This document shows positions 38,711-53,132 of a stretch of DNA of 64,000 nucleotides, piece after piece (the first letter of the stretch is position 1; every line of letters starts with the position of its first letter). The notes beneath the pieces were generated by a model. It was not told where the DNA came from, made no database searches, and saw only the letters and a list, made by a program, of their open reading frames with translations. Origin of the DNA: Balanoglossus misakiensis (taxonomy: Eukaryota > Animalia > Hemichordata); assembly GCA_040954595.2 (NCBI GenBank), contig CM082581.2, positions 62,001 through 126,000 of the forward strand. The letters are read 5' to 3'. The position numbers and the translations under genes were made by a program.

Positions 38711-40110
38711 ATTTCTATTTTTGTGTTTGTACAACATCAGTGAAGTTTAAATCATAATAAAAAAAAATGATAATTATCATTATTAACTGCTATAGATTCA
38801 AACTTACTTGTCTCACACCTGTTTCCCTAGTAACACTCTGTGCACATGCCAATGGTGGCAGTACAAGAATTTGCCTGTTGTTGGCAGGTACCTCCATTGA
38901 GACAAGGACTAGTGAAGCATGGATTAGGAACTGGAAGACAGGAATTCAAAATTTTATAAAACAGTTACCTATGGTAACACCAGTACACGTTCATTATTTC
39001 TCTGTTATGTTTTTATACTGGTGATTTTACTGTTTTTATTACCGATCATATGACTGACTTAAAGATGATGATGATGATGATAATGACTACACCTGCTATT
39101 ATTACTACAATGTACCTCAGCACTTAGATTTTTTAATAAATGACAAAGTACTGTACTCACGTGTTTCACATGTGAAGCCCAGGTAGCAGCCAGCACATAG
39201 ACATGTGACGCCTGTACAAGATCCCTGGATTGCTTGGCAAGTACCAGCATTCCGGCATGGGTTAAGGTTTGTGTTCGCACGGATTCATTGCTGCAAATGT
39301 ACACAATATTTACAAAATAAAACAGTATACAACTGTAAGTATTTATAATCATCAATTGTGAATATCACACCAATCAAGGCCTTTTAATGCACCCTGATTG
39401 CTGAGAGCTGAAATACGTGAACCAACGTGTATTTGTTTTCACTACTATATCACATGACATTCTGCATCTCTTTTCCATAGTTGGAGTCTGCACCCAACAT
39501 TGTATTCCGGGGTAGCACTACCCGGAACCCCGAAACTTTTTCGTCATCATCCGAGTACTTTTCCCAGCATGCAGTTGCCAAGAAGGCTGCACAGGGAGTT
39601 TTTAATTTTGCACTGGTATACAATTTTTTTATTCGTCAATTTCACAGACACGTGCATTGCACATCAAAATTTTGCGTCAGAAGTGAGGACAACTTAACTA
39701 GGTACCAATGCAATGTGGTTTTAGGCGGATTTGAACTTTTCCTTTAATGTAACAGTTGTATTGACATGCGATTATCATACTGAACATGAAGCAATCTCAA
39801 AATTGCTAAAAATAAAATAATTCAGAACATTTAGATTCTACAATGGTGAAAAAATATGACAAACCTTCCAAAATTCTTATTTTTGAGGCCATTTTACAAA
39901 AATCTACGAGCCTGGCAAAATCTGAAAGAGGTGCTAGATAAAGGGCGCTTTTTCAAAACTCTAGATGGTTGACCCCCAATTTTTATTCCATAGATTAAAT
40001 GTTTAGAAGTCATAGTATCATCAGTATTAATTTTAACATGATCAGACGACCCTTTATTTCGAGGTGCGCAACACCTTAAATATGTTTTTACGACTAAGAC
40101 GACTACAAAC

Positions 40111-42046
40111 CTGGTAGAAGGGGAGTACATGTTGTTGATGGTCCCAGAGAGTAGGTTCTTGATGTGCAGGCAAGTGGGTGATGTTGCTGCACACTGACAG
40201 CCTGGATCGCAAGGGGTACAGGATACTTCTGTGGCTGTGTCAGCATAATAACTTGATGGACAAGGAATGGGGCTGTCTGACCCATCTGGACAGTAGTTAC
40301 CTACGCCGCAATCAGCACATGTCATGTCTGTAGAATAACAGCAGCTTGTGTAGTGAGTGTTTTGCCGATATGACAGAGTTCAAGTATGCTTATTTGGTTA
40401 AATTTTAAAAGGAATATCACCCGCTGTTTTAGAGTTAATATTGCGAAAGGGACTTCATAAGTTGTCTGAAAACACCAGTTTCCCCAATTTTCACTAATGT
40501 ATAGGAATACATGAGAAGTCGGCCAGATTAGAAGTCGGCCACTACGCGCGTATGAGAAGTCGGCCAGTACGAAGAGTCAGCCAGTTGTTGAACTTGTACC
40601 CGAATAGTGCAGTGATGACCCAGATTACTTATAACAACACTTAATAAAATATAATTGCACTAAATATTTTCATTTGGACGGATTTCCCAAATTCTTGACA
40701 ACACAATGGCGTCATTTCAAATAATGGCGTCTGGCATCCGTACCAGTTCCCCAGCCCCGTATCCGCGTAAGGAGCTTAGGTTGTTCGCCAAATTCCTGTG
40801 ACATTTCTGATTAAAGGGAGTTGTTTCAAAGCCTACTAAAATACATAGAAGATGTATGTGTATATTCATACTTTCTGAGACAACACCAAACAAACAAACA
40901 AACAAACGTGACAAGGAACAGACTACTGGCGCAGCTCAAGAAGTGCAGGTGACTGATGTTGACGTACCCCGGTGACGTACATGAAAAGTGAACAGACAGT
41001 TTTAAAATTCATCGGCTATTTGTACAAATATCTCAGCTCCTGTACATCAAGGAAACATTTCGTAGTGAAACAGTTATATATAACACAAAGTACCAGGGTT
41101 CTCTCCCACAGGCCGACTTCTCGTACTGGCCGATACCGACTTCTCATACTGGTCGACTTCTCAGGACACCATGTATAGCATAGCTGTTGAACTAAAAAAA
41201 TATGTAAAACTACAAGTGATGTAAACAACTTGTGGAACCATGTTCAAATCGAGACCAAAAGAAAAGAGATTTCAAGACTTACCTCCTTCAACACTTTACT
41301 TCCCTGTAGCGCACTGTGTGACATTTGTAGTTGTGCATTCATAACCAGAAGGACTTGGCCGAACCTAGCGAGTATGAACCTATCACAGAAAAAATTCAAA
41401 GAACGATTGGTTTGGTCCAACGATCCCTTATTAGAGAGATGTCCGTAATCACAGGTGTTACTGTACAATACCTCTTCAGTGGAATCATTGTGTTTTTCAA
41501 AGTGCATCACAATATCAACTCCAATGAGCATAACAGTTTAATTTTCTGTGTATGTCATGCTATAACACAGGGAAGTCATAAGAGTAATTTGCAGCCCAAC
41601 TTACCAGTAACTGTTGAACAATCAACTACGGGTGACATGGTTGGACACTTGGATCCTGCTGGACAAGGCGTGCATGTGCCGTCGCCTTCCATAGCATATT
41701 CACCATTGCCACAGTCAAGCGGATCTTACATTGGATCTGAACACGATTGTCCAGCAGGGCACAGAAGACGGGATGTGCGTGCAGGCTCCTCACTTATTTC
41801 ATCTGATTAAAGAAAATGAGGTTTTTAGTGAAGTATTTGTGATACAGTGTCATTTAAAATAACAAATTACTTGAGATGATTCACTTCATAATTCTGAGAC
41901 AAGTATACGGGCATGTAGAAAATTCTTTGGAGGACATTAAACGTCATTTCTAATCAACCATTTTCTGAATATCATAAGACTCTGCGAGATCTCACATGGC
42001 TAACCGGGTCTCGCAAGATTTCGCACTGAGTTGATAATCTGTTGTA

Positions 42047-42078
<32 letters not shown>

Positions 42079-42704
42079 TAACCCCAGTCGCACTGACTTG
42101 AAAATCTGTTGTAAACACATACATGCATACACACATACCACTCAGTTTCATCACACAGCAAACTGAACAAGTACCACAATCTTACCATTTGTACATCTGG
42201 TACAGTTTGTTGCACCAGCCAATGACACGTAACCCTTGGTACACTTGAATTGCGATGCACTGGGATCTGTGCAGGCGTACCCTTGCTCACAAATAGTACA
42301 CTGTTCAGCACCGGCTGATCTGTAAATCAAACAAAGAATTTACACACCAAGTTAACCTTTGAATACCACTGTAAAAAATTGGCGCAAATTTTAATTATTT
42401 TCATAAATAGAGGTCTATTCAAATTTGGAAAAATTGTCATTTTTTCATTCATATATTATATCAGTAAATTTTAAATACAGAAATGGAAAATGTTCCCATC
42501 CTATTTTTCAGTTAGTAAATTACCTGACCTAATGTTTGATGTTGGAAATAAAGGTTGGTGGGTAGAAGTTTACCTGTTATGCAAGAGGTACAGCGAGACA
42601 TCCTTTGTCCAAGGCCGAACTGTAATAACCAGCCGAGCATAAAATCACAGTGTTACCATTTGGACATTGGTTACCAGCTGGGCAATCAGCACATGATGTT
42701 TGTG
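40111..42704 (-). pseudogene. GCC2/GCC3-type exon cluster (copy 3), with extra exon 40111-40327
   Basis: Extra exon tacag|217 bp|gtttgt: DMTCADCGVGNYCPDGSDSPIPCPSSYYADTATEVSCTPCDPGCQC(fs)CTSRTYSLGPSTTCTP. The 4513-4745 exon is absent. Confidence 0.85.
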
Positions 42705-43189
42705 CTGAAAATAAACAGAGATTTATAGAATCTTATAGTCACAGTCATACCTTTAAAGACGTGGGATTCTCACGCGGGTTGGGGACACAAAAATCCCTGG
42801 CAAAAGATTGAGGACAGGAAAATGCCAAACCAGAGATATTGGTAACAGAAACTGTATACAGTCAATGCCATATGGCAGTGTGCTGTTCTAACAACAGACA
42901 AGAATGTGACGATCATAGTCTGTGTCGGAGATTTGGAAAAGAGCAAATTCGGTGAAAAGACGGGACAAAACAAAAGTCTACTTATACGATGCACATGAAA
43001 ACTTGATGAAAGCGAAGCAGTCCACTATTTGAATGCATTGGATGTAAAATTGGCAGAATATTTGGACTGGACGTAATGTTTGTATGGGGTGCCATGTGTT
43101 AACTTATTATTTAGCTAAATTATTTGTTCAAAAGTCGTTATTTAACATACTTATATGTATGTAATTATAGATTTGCAAACCATTTAAGT

Positions 43190-43580
43190 CCTGACAATTT
43201 ATTTATAAATAATTTCAAGTCGATTCAATTATATACATAAAATGTATTTTATGCTCTTTTATTTATATATAATAAATTATTTATAAACAATGTCAGTGTC
43301 AGTCTATTATATATATATCATGAGTGATGTACATAATTATTTATATATAATTAATTATTTATAAATAAAAAAAATTTAAGTGTATTATATATATATCATG
43401 AGTGATTTATAAATAATTTAAGTGCAAGTCTATTATATATATATCATGAGTGATTTACATTATATAATGAATTATATATAAATAAGTGATTTCTAAACCA
43501 TGAAAAAATGCACTCGCGCCGTTTGTCAACTTATTATTTAACGCAAACTCATTATTTAACGCAAACTCATTATTTAAGGC
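43190..43580. repeat. Very AT-rich degenerate minisatellite
   Basis: Three copies of tattatatatatatcatgagtgat at 50-80 bp spacing, plus ttatttaacgcaaactca twice. Copy at ~58020-58410. Confidence 0.7.
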
Positions 43581-43832
43581 CTGTTCACACAACCCCTTGC
43601 ATTTGGATCATTACGCACACATATAGTCCCCACACGTGAACAAGAAATGCACATTACGTGCGGTCATTTCATTTTTATTATACTCCTTTCAAAGGTTAGA
43701 TGAAACACCGAAAAAGGTATCAACTAGTTAGTGATTTTAGCCCGTGATTGCAATGTTTGATTGAAACGCGAAAAGCTGATCGATAGCTCTACATTGTGGT
43801 CTCCGAGGTCAAAGGTTGGCCGGTCATGACAA

Positions 43833-44026
43833 TGCCATTATTAAAATAGGGGCCAGTCTTCAAGACGTGACTCTACCAGCCTCCAGACCAGGAACTGGAG
43901 ACCCGCCGTTTGTTTCCAACGCCAAATTTGATTCTAATGTTGAATTTACGAGAAAACAATTTATCTGACCTGTAGTTTTTTGGCTCACTTACGTTTTGAT
44001 GACTGGCCCCTATTTTAATAATGGTA
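43833..44026. mobile_element. ~190-bp MITE with ~38-bp TIRs
   Basis: ccattattaaaataggggccagtc.tcaa.acgt and its reverse complement. Copy at 58662-58855. Confidence 0.8.
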
Positions 44027-44340
44027 CCACATGACTCAGTATGTCCAGCTAAAGGCAAGTCATGCAGGAAGTGTGGCAAACCTAACCATTTAGCCAAATG
44101 CTACCATTCAAAAGGCAAGGCAAATAGGGTAGACAAGGATAAAACTGTCAAAGCTGTGCATAAAGTGGAAGACAGCTCGGGAGATGAATACTGCTTCACT
44201 GTACAACAATCAAATGGCAGGAGGCCTCGAGTAACAGTGCAGATAGAACAAACAGCAGTTGCCTCACTGATCGACCCTGGTTCTACAATAAACATGATGG
44301 GTGTAAACACATACAACAACCTAAAGAACAAACCCATGTG
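44027..44340 (+). mobile_element. Gypsy remnant, 3' half only (copy 3)
   Basis: PHDSVCPAKGKSCRKCGKPNH..LIDPGS, directly abutting a MITE end. Confidence 0.8.
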
Positions 44341-47300
44341 GCAAACAGAAAGCCCGTTTTACCACTGTCAGCAGTGCATTATTGAGTATTTTAGCATCGC
44401 TGGATTTAGCTCTCGTCCAATCAGAGTTGCGGACGGTAGCATGATATACTAGTAATATAATTGAGAATAAATCTCGCGACAAGTGTACAGTTTGACAATG
44501 TACACAGATAATCCGTTTCAACAATGTTTCCTTTGTAGTGTGAATAAAACTGCACACTTTGCAAGTTTTCAACTTCAAAACACTATGGCTATTACAGAGA
44601 CAAAGCTGCTAATATACAGTGTATACCTGTCATTTTTGTTTGTGGTGAGATTTTCATTGGCACAGTCGCACAGAGCTCACACAAGAGGAAATTACACTTT
44701 CTGTTGAATTCACTGCATACTGCTAACTTTAAGTCATATATCCACTGAAACATTAAGTTATAGAATTTTCCATCGCAGTATTCTGTTTTATATACATGTA
44801 TAGCAGTAAAGCATCCTTGGCAGGTGCACGTCAATGCCACACACGAGGTTAGGGTTGGCAAGTGCTGCCATTTTGACATGGGTTGTTAGCACTAATCAAT
44901 TCCTACGCATGACAGAAAAATGAAGAATTAGGCTATGGGCCGGAACTGCCTATCGTTTCAAAATGCACTCTGTATATTAGGGTCTATTTCTTTTACATAA
45001 AAGACAAGTCTTCTTGCTCTAATATGATAAAATAAAAAAACTTCAACTTAAATATTGCGTCCTCAGAGGTAATATCGAGCCCTAAAAATCAGGTATGCTA
45101 ATGCGGTTAAAGGTCGTGCAGTTCTCCTTATAACAATCGTTCGATTGGTGGTTACGTGACTGCATCAATCACAGAATGCGTTATGTCACTCAGCAATTAC
45201 ACACACAGGGCAAACTATCAGGCAGCTACATGTACACTAGTATACATGTTACAGAAGATTAAACAGAATTTTTGGTAAGGAAAGTTTGAGCAGACTAGTC
45301 CATTCAATGTAAAAAATGGTGCTGATTCCAAAAAAGTCAGTCTTATTGACCCCTTTGAAGACAAAATTGCCATTTTTGCCACTTTTAACCCAAAAGGTCA
45401 TTAAAAAAACCCACTCAAAACACACTGTTTTCATCACATTCGGAGATCTGATGACATTTGAGGATTATGCGGAAACAATGACACAGCAGAATAAAAATTA
45501 CAGGTGACATTTGCAAGCACTTATGATCTGACCATATAGAAATATGCAATGTAAAAACATTAACAAGGAACATGCCCAATAAACTGTCATGTGTCATGGC
45601 AGTCTTACAAGTGGTGCTAGAAAAAAAAATTGACCAAAAATTGTCTGTACACAAACACATATGCGAAGCAACTTCTTTCAGTCAGCACTGGAACAGACAC
45701 ACACTGACCTGCCACTGGTAATTAAAATGTGATAGCTGGTGGTCTCTGTAACAGCTGGCCTATTTAAGTTATGTAAACATGTCTTTGTTCGAGGTAACAA
45801 CTCCTTGTAAATAGTAACTTTAAAAACAACTGGACAATTTGTTTAGGAGAAGATTTGCTAACCAAAAACAAAGAAACTTACCAAAAAAACTCGCTAAATA
45901 TTTAATCTTTCTGATCTCAGAATTGAATAAAAGTTGCACATATACAGGTATGTGTTATGAAATTATATCCTAAATTTCAAAGCAATCAGAGAAAAAACTA
46001 ATTTCAAAGCAATACAACAAGCAGTTTCACAGAAAATATTTGTTCAAAAGTGGCAAAAACACAAATATGAAAATATCACCAAAATTGTACAATATCTTAC
46101 TTCAATCACTACAAGGAACATGCTGCCTAAGTTCAATGCAATAGGACAAGCGGTTTCAGTGAAAACAATTTTTGACAAAAATTGCAAAAGTTTCCCCGAT
46201 AACACATTTATGCAAATATCACATTTTTTACAACATATTATTTAGGTTACCCCTACGAACATGCCTACCAAATTGCAAAGCAATCTGGCATGAGGTTTTA
46301 AAGAAAAACATTTTTTGACCAAAAATGGCAAATAATGCTCAAAATTATAGATATGCAAATTTTGCAACAATTTGAACAAAACTATGGTTACTTAGACAAC
46401 ATTAGGAGGCTTCATACTAAATTTCAAAGACTTTTACCAATAACATGGAAAAATACAAAAAAATGCAAAAAAAATAGGAAATCGATAATATTAGCTCAAA
46501 ACATACAGGGTTGTATGAGGTTGATATAAGGTACATGCATACCATTTTTCAAATCAATATGACCAGTGGTTGTCCAGTTTTTGAGTTTTGACCAATTTCA
46601 CATTTTCCCAGCTAATTTGCATATTTTTGGCAATGACATCTTCATTTGAACAAACTCCCATCTACAGCCCTGCCTGCATCTACACGCCAAATATCGAGGT
46701 CATACGCGCTGCGGTTTTCAAGTTTTTCATGTGGACGGACATACAGACATACATCCATCCATCCATCCATACATACAGACGTAACCAATCCCATAAGTTC
46801 CCATGGTACATACCAATGGGACCTAAAAACTTGTGACTTACATGTAACACATGTTTGCCCAGTGTAGCAGGTTGGACAGTTGCAGGTGTAGATTGAGCAG
46901 GAGCCTTGAAGTGGCTGATACACTCCGTTATTCAGACATGGGTTTAGAAGACACTGGTTGATCGCTAAGGGTGAGAGAAATGAAAAGTATCACATTAGGG
47001 TCTTACACACTTGAGTGGGAAGTGAAATCTGTAGCAGACTGTCAGAAGATTGCACATCCGTGTGATCATGTTCATGTGTGAAGGATAATGAAGACCACTT
47101 GATCCAAGCTTGGTGCTACCATCTTTATCATAATTACTGAATCTTATAATATTTACTAGTTGGGGGTGGGTGGGGTGGTGGTGGGGGTAGTTGATGTCAT
47201 AACTTTCTGATGTTTCAATTTACGGTTGGAAAAATAGCAACATCTACACTGATGAGCATTTGAGTCAATGAAAGTATTCATCATGGCTACCGTAGTGCAT

Positions 47301-50300
47301 ATAAGTCTCTTGGTTAGCTGCACAATCACAGGCAACTTTATTGAGACAATATCAATGACAAAGCCCAGCGATTTCTACTTTGTGCGGGAAATCTGACACT
47401 GGTTTGCTTACGTTCAGCGCACGTGGTTCCGATGAAACAGCGTGGACTCTGGCATCTGAACTCGGTGCAGGACACTTGCTGGCAGAATCCACTGGTTAGA
47501 CAAGGGTTGGGCTGACACGGATTCAAATCTGTGCACAGAAGAGAAAGTGATATAAATTGTGTACAGTTAATATTTACTACATATACTTTAAACAGATTTG
47601 TGCAGTCAGGGTTGAGTGGTAAAAATCTCAGTTGGTCAACAGAACATCACTGTGACAAATTTCTTCCATGTTCAACAAAAGAAACGTAATGAAATTTTGA
47701 CACAGGTGTAATAGTGTCTTAGTGTACCATACGGTGCAGGTTGTTATTTGGTCAAATACACAATCCCCTTTTATGGCACACACATTCTTAATAAATTTCC
47801 CCAAAATTGTGTCGTTATTCACTGTTTGATACAGGTTGGAAGAAACCAACTGCAAGCCGATTATGTGTTATGTTATTATGTTCCTCTTCATCTGAAATTT
47901 AAAATCACTCACATGTCTGACATAAATCGCCGGAGTAACAGCTTGTACAGGAGCATGTGAATTCAGTACACCAATTGGGCGTCAGCACACAGTTTCCACC
48001 ATTCCGACACTGGATGGGTTGACACTGGTTGACAGCTGTGGGATGTGCAGTCAAGATATTGTCAAAATTACAAAATCTACAAACTACACTCCACAGTCAT
48101 GTACATGTATACATGACAACAACCAAAGGGCTGTTTTGAAAAACCAAATGCTGTGAAATCCTTTAGAGTGTGACAAGAAACCACAGTTGCAACCGAAAAC
48201 AAAAATAGTGATAACATTAAGCTAGCCCAAAGTTTGAGTTACCAGGCCTTTAATATGTGTACCGTACTTATATTATATAATACATAACAAGTGTTTTGCA
48301 TTGAATAAAATAATATTGGTTAGTACTTACGCATTGTACATGTGGCACCAGTGAAGCATTCGGTACACATACAGTCAAACAGGAAACAGCCGTCTCACGC
48401 AACGCATGTGCCACCATTTTGACAAGGCATAGGGTATAACTGATCAATGGCTGCCAAAACAAAAATGAAAGTATCAATTACCTGCTTGTCAAAAACTTGT
48501 ACATGTACTTGTGATGTTCATTTCGTTTAAATATGTGAGCAATGTCTTCATTCCTTGTTTCAAACCTTTACATTTAAAATAACATAATGATGCTATTGCT
48601 AGGATTTTTCTGTAAGAATCTTGAAAAATTAAAAAAATGTGCCATCAACATGATACAGAAGGCTTTCCTTTTTAACATGCACCTCACACTCAATTTTGAC
48701 CCTACATCAGCAAATTTTGAAAGGATGAAACTTAGTAATGCTTCCACCCCATTTATTGGTGTATGGGTCCATCTATCACATTGAGAATACCAAAAATGAG
48801 GGTTTATATACCACGCTGTGTCATAAAACAGTAATTCGACACACCTACGGCACAGATGGCCCCAGTCCAACACTACTGGCAGTAACAGGTGTAGTCAGTA
48901 TAAGAATTTGGTGTTTTGGAACAATAGCCTCCATTTTGACACGGATTCTGATCACATGGGTTAATGACAATCAGAAAAAAAAATAGTTTAAAACACATGA
49001 AATGCAGATGGCTACACCTCAACCAAAGATGATTCCTGCACCACAACAAAATCCTTTGACACAAGCATTATACTGGAACCATACCCAGAACACGCATTAA
49101 GTATATGATGAAGGGACAATGTCTCTATTTTGGGTAATACAGTAAAACCTGTCTTTATGGACACCTCTCTAATCAGAACACCTAGTAAGATTGATTTTTC
49201 AAGCCAAATAGTAAGGATAATTAAGGACGTCTCTTTTACTTAATACTCAGAGGTGTGCACCACCTTAGGAGAGATTACCTCACATGCACAATTATCTCTA
49301 CAGACACTAGTCTTCAAGAGGCAACTCTTGTATATTTGAGTGATGAAAACATCCAACTTCGTACACTTCCTCACAAGTTCGTGCCTATCCTAAATTGCAC
49401 GGACATACAAATGAAATTTCTGTTTCCTTTTCCTTTCTTTTCTCTTGGGGAAATTTTAGAAATGAGAAGTTACCACACAATTCAATTGCCATGAAGAGAA
49501 AGTGCCCAAAAGATTGTCATTTACGGTACGTCAGAAACTTACATATTTCACAACGGTTACCCTCATAGCAACCAGTACAGGCACAGGTATATGCCGTGCA
49601 GGAGTTGGCCACTGCATTACATACAGCCCCGTTGAGACAGCTGTTTCGCTGGCCTGGATCTTGGACTGCAATAAAAAGTGCAACCTAATGTTATCTCAGC
49701 AATATTTACTTTCAAAATCTGTTTGATGAAAACATCATCATTACCATTACTGTAAATACTGAACGGAACTTCACTTCCAAAAACAACTTGCTCATTCTGG
49801 GACGCACTTATGGGGCTATGAAAATCTCTGTATATGTATCTTGTGTAGGGAAAATTTTCATGAACGATCAACAGTTTTTTCTTCAAATAAACATGTTTTC
49901 TTTCAGCTGTACATCATTTTTGAGGTGACCGATTCCCAAGGACCAAGGTGTGATGCTGAAGATGAAAATATAAAGTATGACCAACAGACAATGTATTGAG
50001 ACATGATTGTAAATGTTAGTTCCTGCATGACAAATGTTTGTTTTAATGAGTTTTACACTGGCTGCAGTGTGTGCCGGTGAAACATCCTGGACAAGTACAC
50101 TCATAAGTTGTACAAGACAGCTGAGTACACCGCCCATTGTTCAGGCATGGACTTGGCCTACATGGAGTTTGTTCTGTTTCAATGGCATGAAAAAAAAATA
50201 GTAGTGACATAAGTTTTTTAGGGTATGACCATTTCCCTAATTCCTACAGCTGTGGTTCTATCGGGTTCTCCTATAACTGAGCCTCCTAAATGTATAACTG

Positions 50301-50405
50301 AACAATAAGAAGTCAAGGGTGCCCTGACACCCAACTTTTAAGAGCAGTTCATTTACTGAAACTGCCAGCACCCAATATTATCCCACATGTAATCCATATG
50401 TGGAA

Positions 50406-50719
50406 TTATATTATACCAGTATATTGAAGGTGTAAATCACGCTATTTGATTGGTCGAGACACGACACGTGACCAGGATATATTAGCCATATACCACAGTC
50501 ATATATCATAGTCAAAGAAAATGCCTTTTTAAAATGTTTTATGCAAAGTTTCAATATACTGGCATAATATAATAGCAATAAAACACCCCCAGCCATGGTA
50601 TACCACTCGATTTTGACCAGTTCAACTCCATATACGCACTCGCTATCGCTCGTGCGTATATGTCGTGAACTGGTCAAAATCTCGTGGTATACCATGGCTG
50701 GGGGTGTTTTATTGCTTAA
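50406..50719 (+). mobile_element. 314-bp Crypton-like palindromic element, private to copy 3
   Basis: Empty site tggaa|atcaaatac in copies 1 and 2; no evident TSD; two consecutive inverted-repeat pairs. Confidence 0.8.
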
Positions 50720-50971
50720 ATCAAATACACCTGTAACAGTTTTAATTTACCATGTGGGTATTTGCATGGAGGGCCATGGTATTTGTTATCTACTGATAAA
50801 ATACCCTTCAAAACAATATCCTCATTTCTTCAGAAGTTTGGCAACAAGACCAATAAAATTTGAAGTTTCACATCAAAATATACAATGCATAAATATGCTT
50901 AAAGATCTACGGAATAAAGATTGCTTGTTTGTTTGCAGGGTGTCTTGAAAGTATATACTCACTTGTTTGAC

Positions 50972-52089
50972 CATGGACCCTAGAGAAAGAAGGACGCGCA
51001 ACTCCAGTTTTTTCTTGAAATGATGTTCTTTTGCATACATTATTTCCAGGTAAATCCCAATAATCCAATTTGCAAATAAACTGTGTATAAACTAACGCAA
51101 AGTCTCGCGTTTTGCGTGAAGTTATCACAAACACCTTAGAACATCTCGCAGAAGACGAGAAAACTGCAACGTGGTTGAACGCAGCAATCATTTATGGAAC
51201 ACATCTGCACAAGTTAAACAGGAATTTGGCACCTCTGAGTCTGACAGCGTCCAAAACAAGCATCTTTTGTCTAACAGTCCGGGTATTTCACAAGGCTGTG
51301 AGCTAACCGTACCGAGGGTTGCCTGGCGGCAATAGCGCACACATGAAAATCCAGCCAGTTTGTTTATAAATTGTTTTCGTGAAATCTGTTTTATTGTTCA
51401 CGCACTGCGAAATAAAATGCCCCTAAACCACAATTTTTGTTTCAATGCTTCACGCAAACATAAAATTATTACGAAAAGTGTCAGCGTTACCAAGAAATAT
51501 GAGTGCCCAGTCGGACATGCAAGAAGGACGCGCAACTCCAGTTTTTTCTTGAAATGATGTTCTTTTGCATACATTATTTCCAGGTAAATCCCAATAATCC
51601 AATTTGCAAATAAACTGTGTATAAACTAACGCAAAGTCTCGCGTTTTGCGTGAAGTTATCACAAACACCTTAGAACATCTCGCAGAAGACGAGAAAACTG
51701 CAACGTGGTTGAACGCAGCAATCATTTATGGAACACATCTGCACAAGTTAAACAGGAATTTGGCATGGATGATTTGTTTACAATTTTTAAATGAAGCTTG
51801 TGGCACTAGAAATGACCGTTCATCCGACAGACGACCATAATAATTAGCACAGACATCGTAATACTTTTAGAATTTTAGAAAAAAACGCAGTGGCTGCTGA
51901 AATGCAGGAGTGTCAGTTTGGTGGCAAGTTTTCGCATTACTGGTGGGGTCGACACGTGCCGAAGTAAGGAAGTCATTGTCCAACTGTCCTGGGTGTTAAT
52001 TATATGCAAAAGAACATCATCATACAGATAATCCCCAAACCCTTTGATCTTTGCCGCAGTTGCTCGTCCTTCTTTCTCTAGGGTCTATG
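50972..52089. mobile_element. P-element-like non-autonomous transposon (copy 3)
   Basis: Duplicate of 36118-37235. Confidence 0.85.
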
Positions 52090-53132
52090 GTTTGACAGAT
52101 GTCACCTGTGTAAGAGTTCACACACTGGCATGAATAGAAATTGCACGATGTTTGCTGGCAAAATCCACCATTCATACATGGGTTGGGATCACAGGGGTTT
52201 TGCACTGGAAATTAAGAAAGGACGCCATTTTATTCCTTGCTACTCATTCTACAGTACAGATATGGCAAAAACCTTGCAGAATTATGGCAAGGGTGTGTGG
52301 AGTGATTGTGCCTACAACTTATATTAGGCTGGTATCAAGTTGTTCACACCTCCATAGATCATGTGGCAGTGACTGTGAGGCAAGGGCTTCCCTTCATGAA
52401 ATCAAAGACCTGTGTACTGGAGGAGGGTTCCTTGCAAATGCTTGACTTGACTTCAAGCATACCTGTAGACTCATATGTAAATTTACACTATCTGGCCTGG
52501 AGTGAGAATTTCCATAGTGGATGTGCGTTGACAAAAGGCTGTAAAATTGGCCAGTCGCGCATAATGTTTCTTGAACTAAGACAATCAAGACATTATGCGC
52601 TACGAAAGTGATTTTGATTGGGAAGAGTGTAATCTTGCATTCGATGTCAAGAACGCTCCAAGCTCTGCTGTGGTGATGGCTACACCTATGCTCAGGAAAC
52701 ATGCAGTATTTGAATGCATCAGAGACAAAAGGTAAAAGAGACTGCGCTGTATACTTACATATCTCACACCTATCACCTTTGTAGCAACCAGTACATATGC
52801 AGGTGAGATCAAAGCAGGAATTTCGAGCCGGTTGACAGAAGCCACCATTCTGGCACGGATTTGGTGGACACTGGTTGAGTCCTACAAGGAAAAGGGTCAA
52901 ATTTTCCATGATCATCAATGTCATGTGATTATGAATGTATGTCAGTGGCTGAAAAAAATTCCCAGGGGTGAGTTTCCTACAAAAATTGTGATGTGACAAA
53001 CCGACAAATTAGCATATTAGAATAATCAGAATAAATAAAAAACAGGTAGTTTAAAAGAACAAACACTTTGGAAAAGGAATAGAGCTAAGCTGCTGTCCCT
53101 TTCTAATTGTTACTCGTTCAAAAATCACCTGT

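Larger units (their letters stand above)
32301..39290 (-). pseudogene. EGF-like exon run, second array copy
   Basis: Exons at 32301, 32872, 33373, 33791, 34305, 35003, 35517, 37236, 37905, 38808 and 39161, homologous to those of copy 1. Confidence 0.85.
38142..52995. repeat. Tandem segmental duplication, copy 3 (14.85 kb, type B)
   Basis: Offset to copy 4 is ~14854. The equivalent of 4424-11107 is absent and replaced by 43085-44026. Confidence 0.97.
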
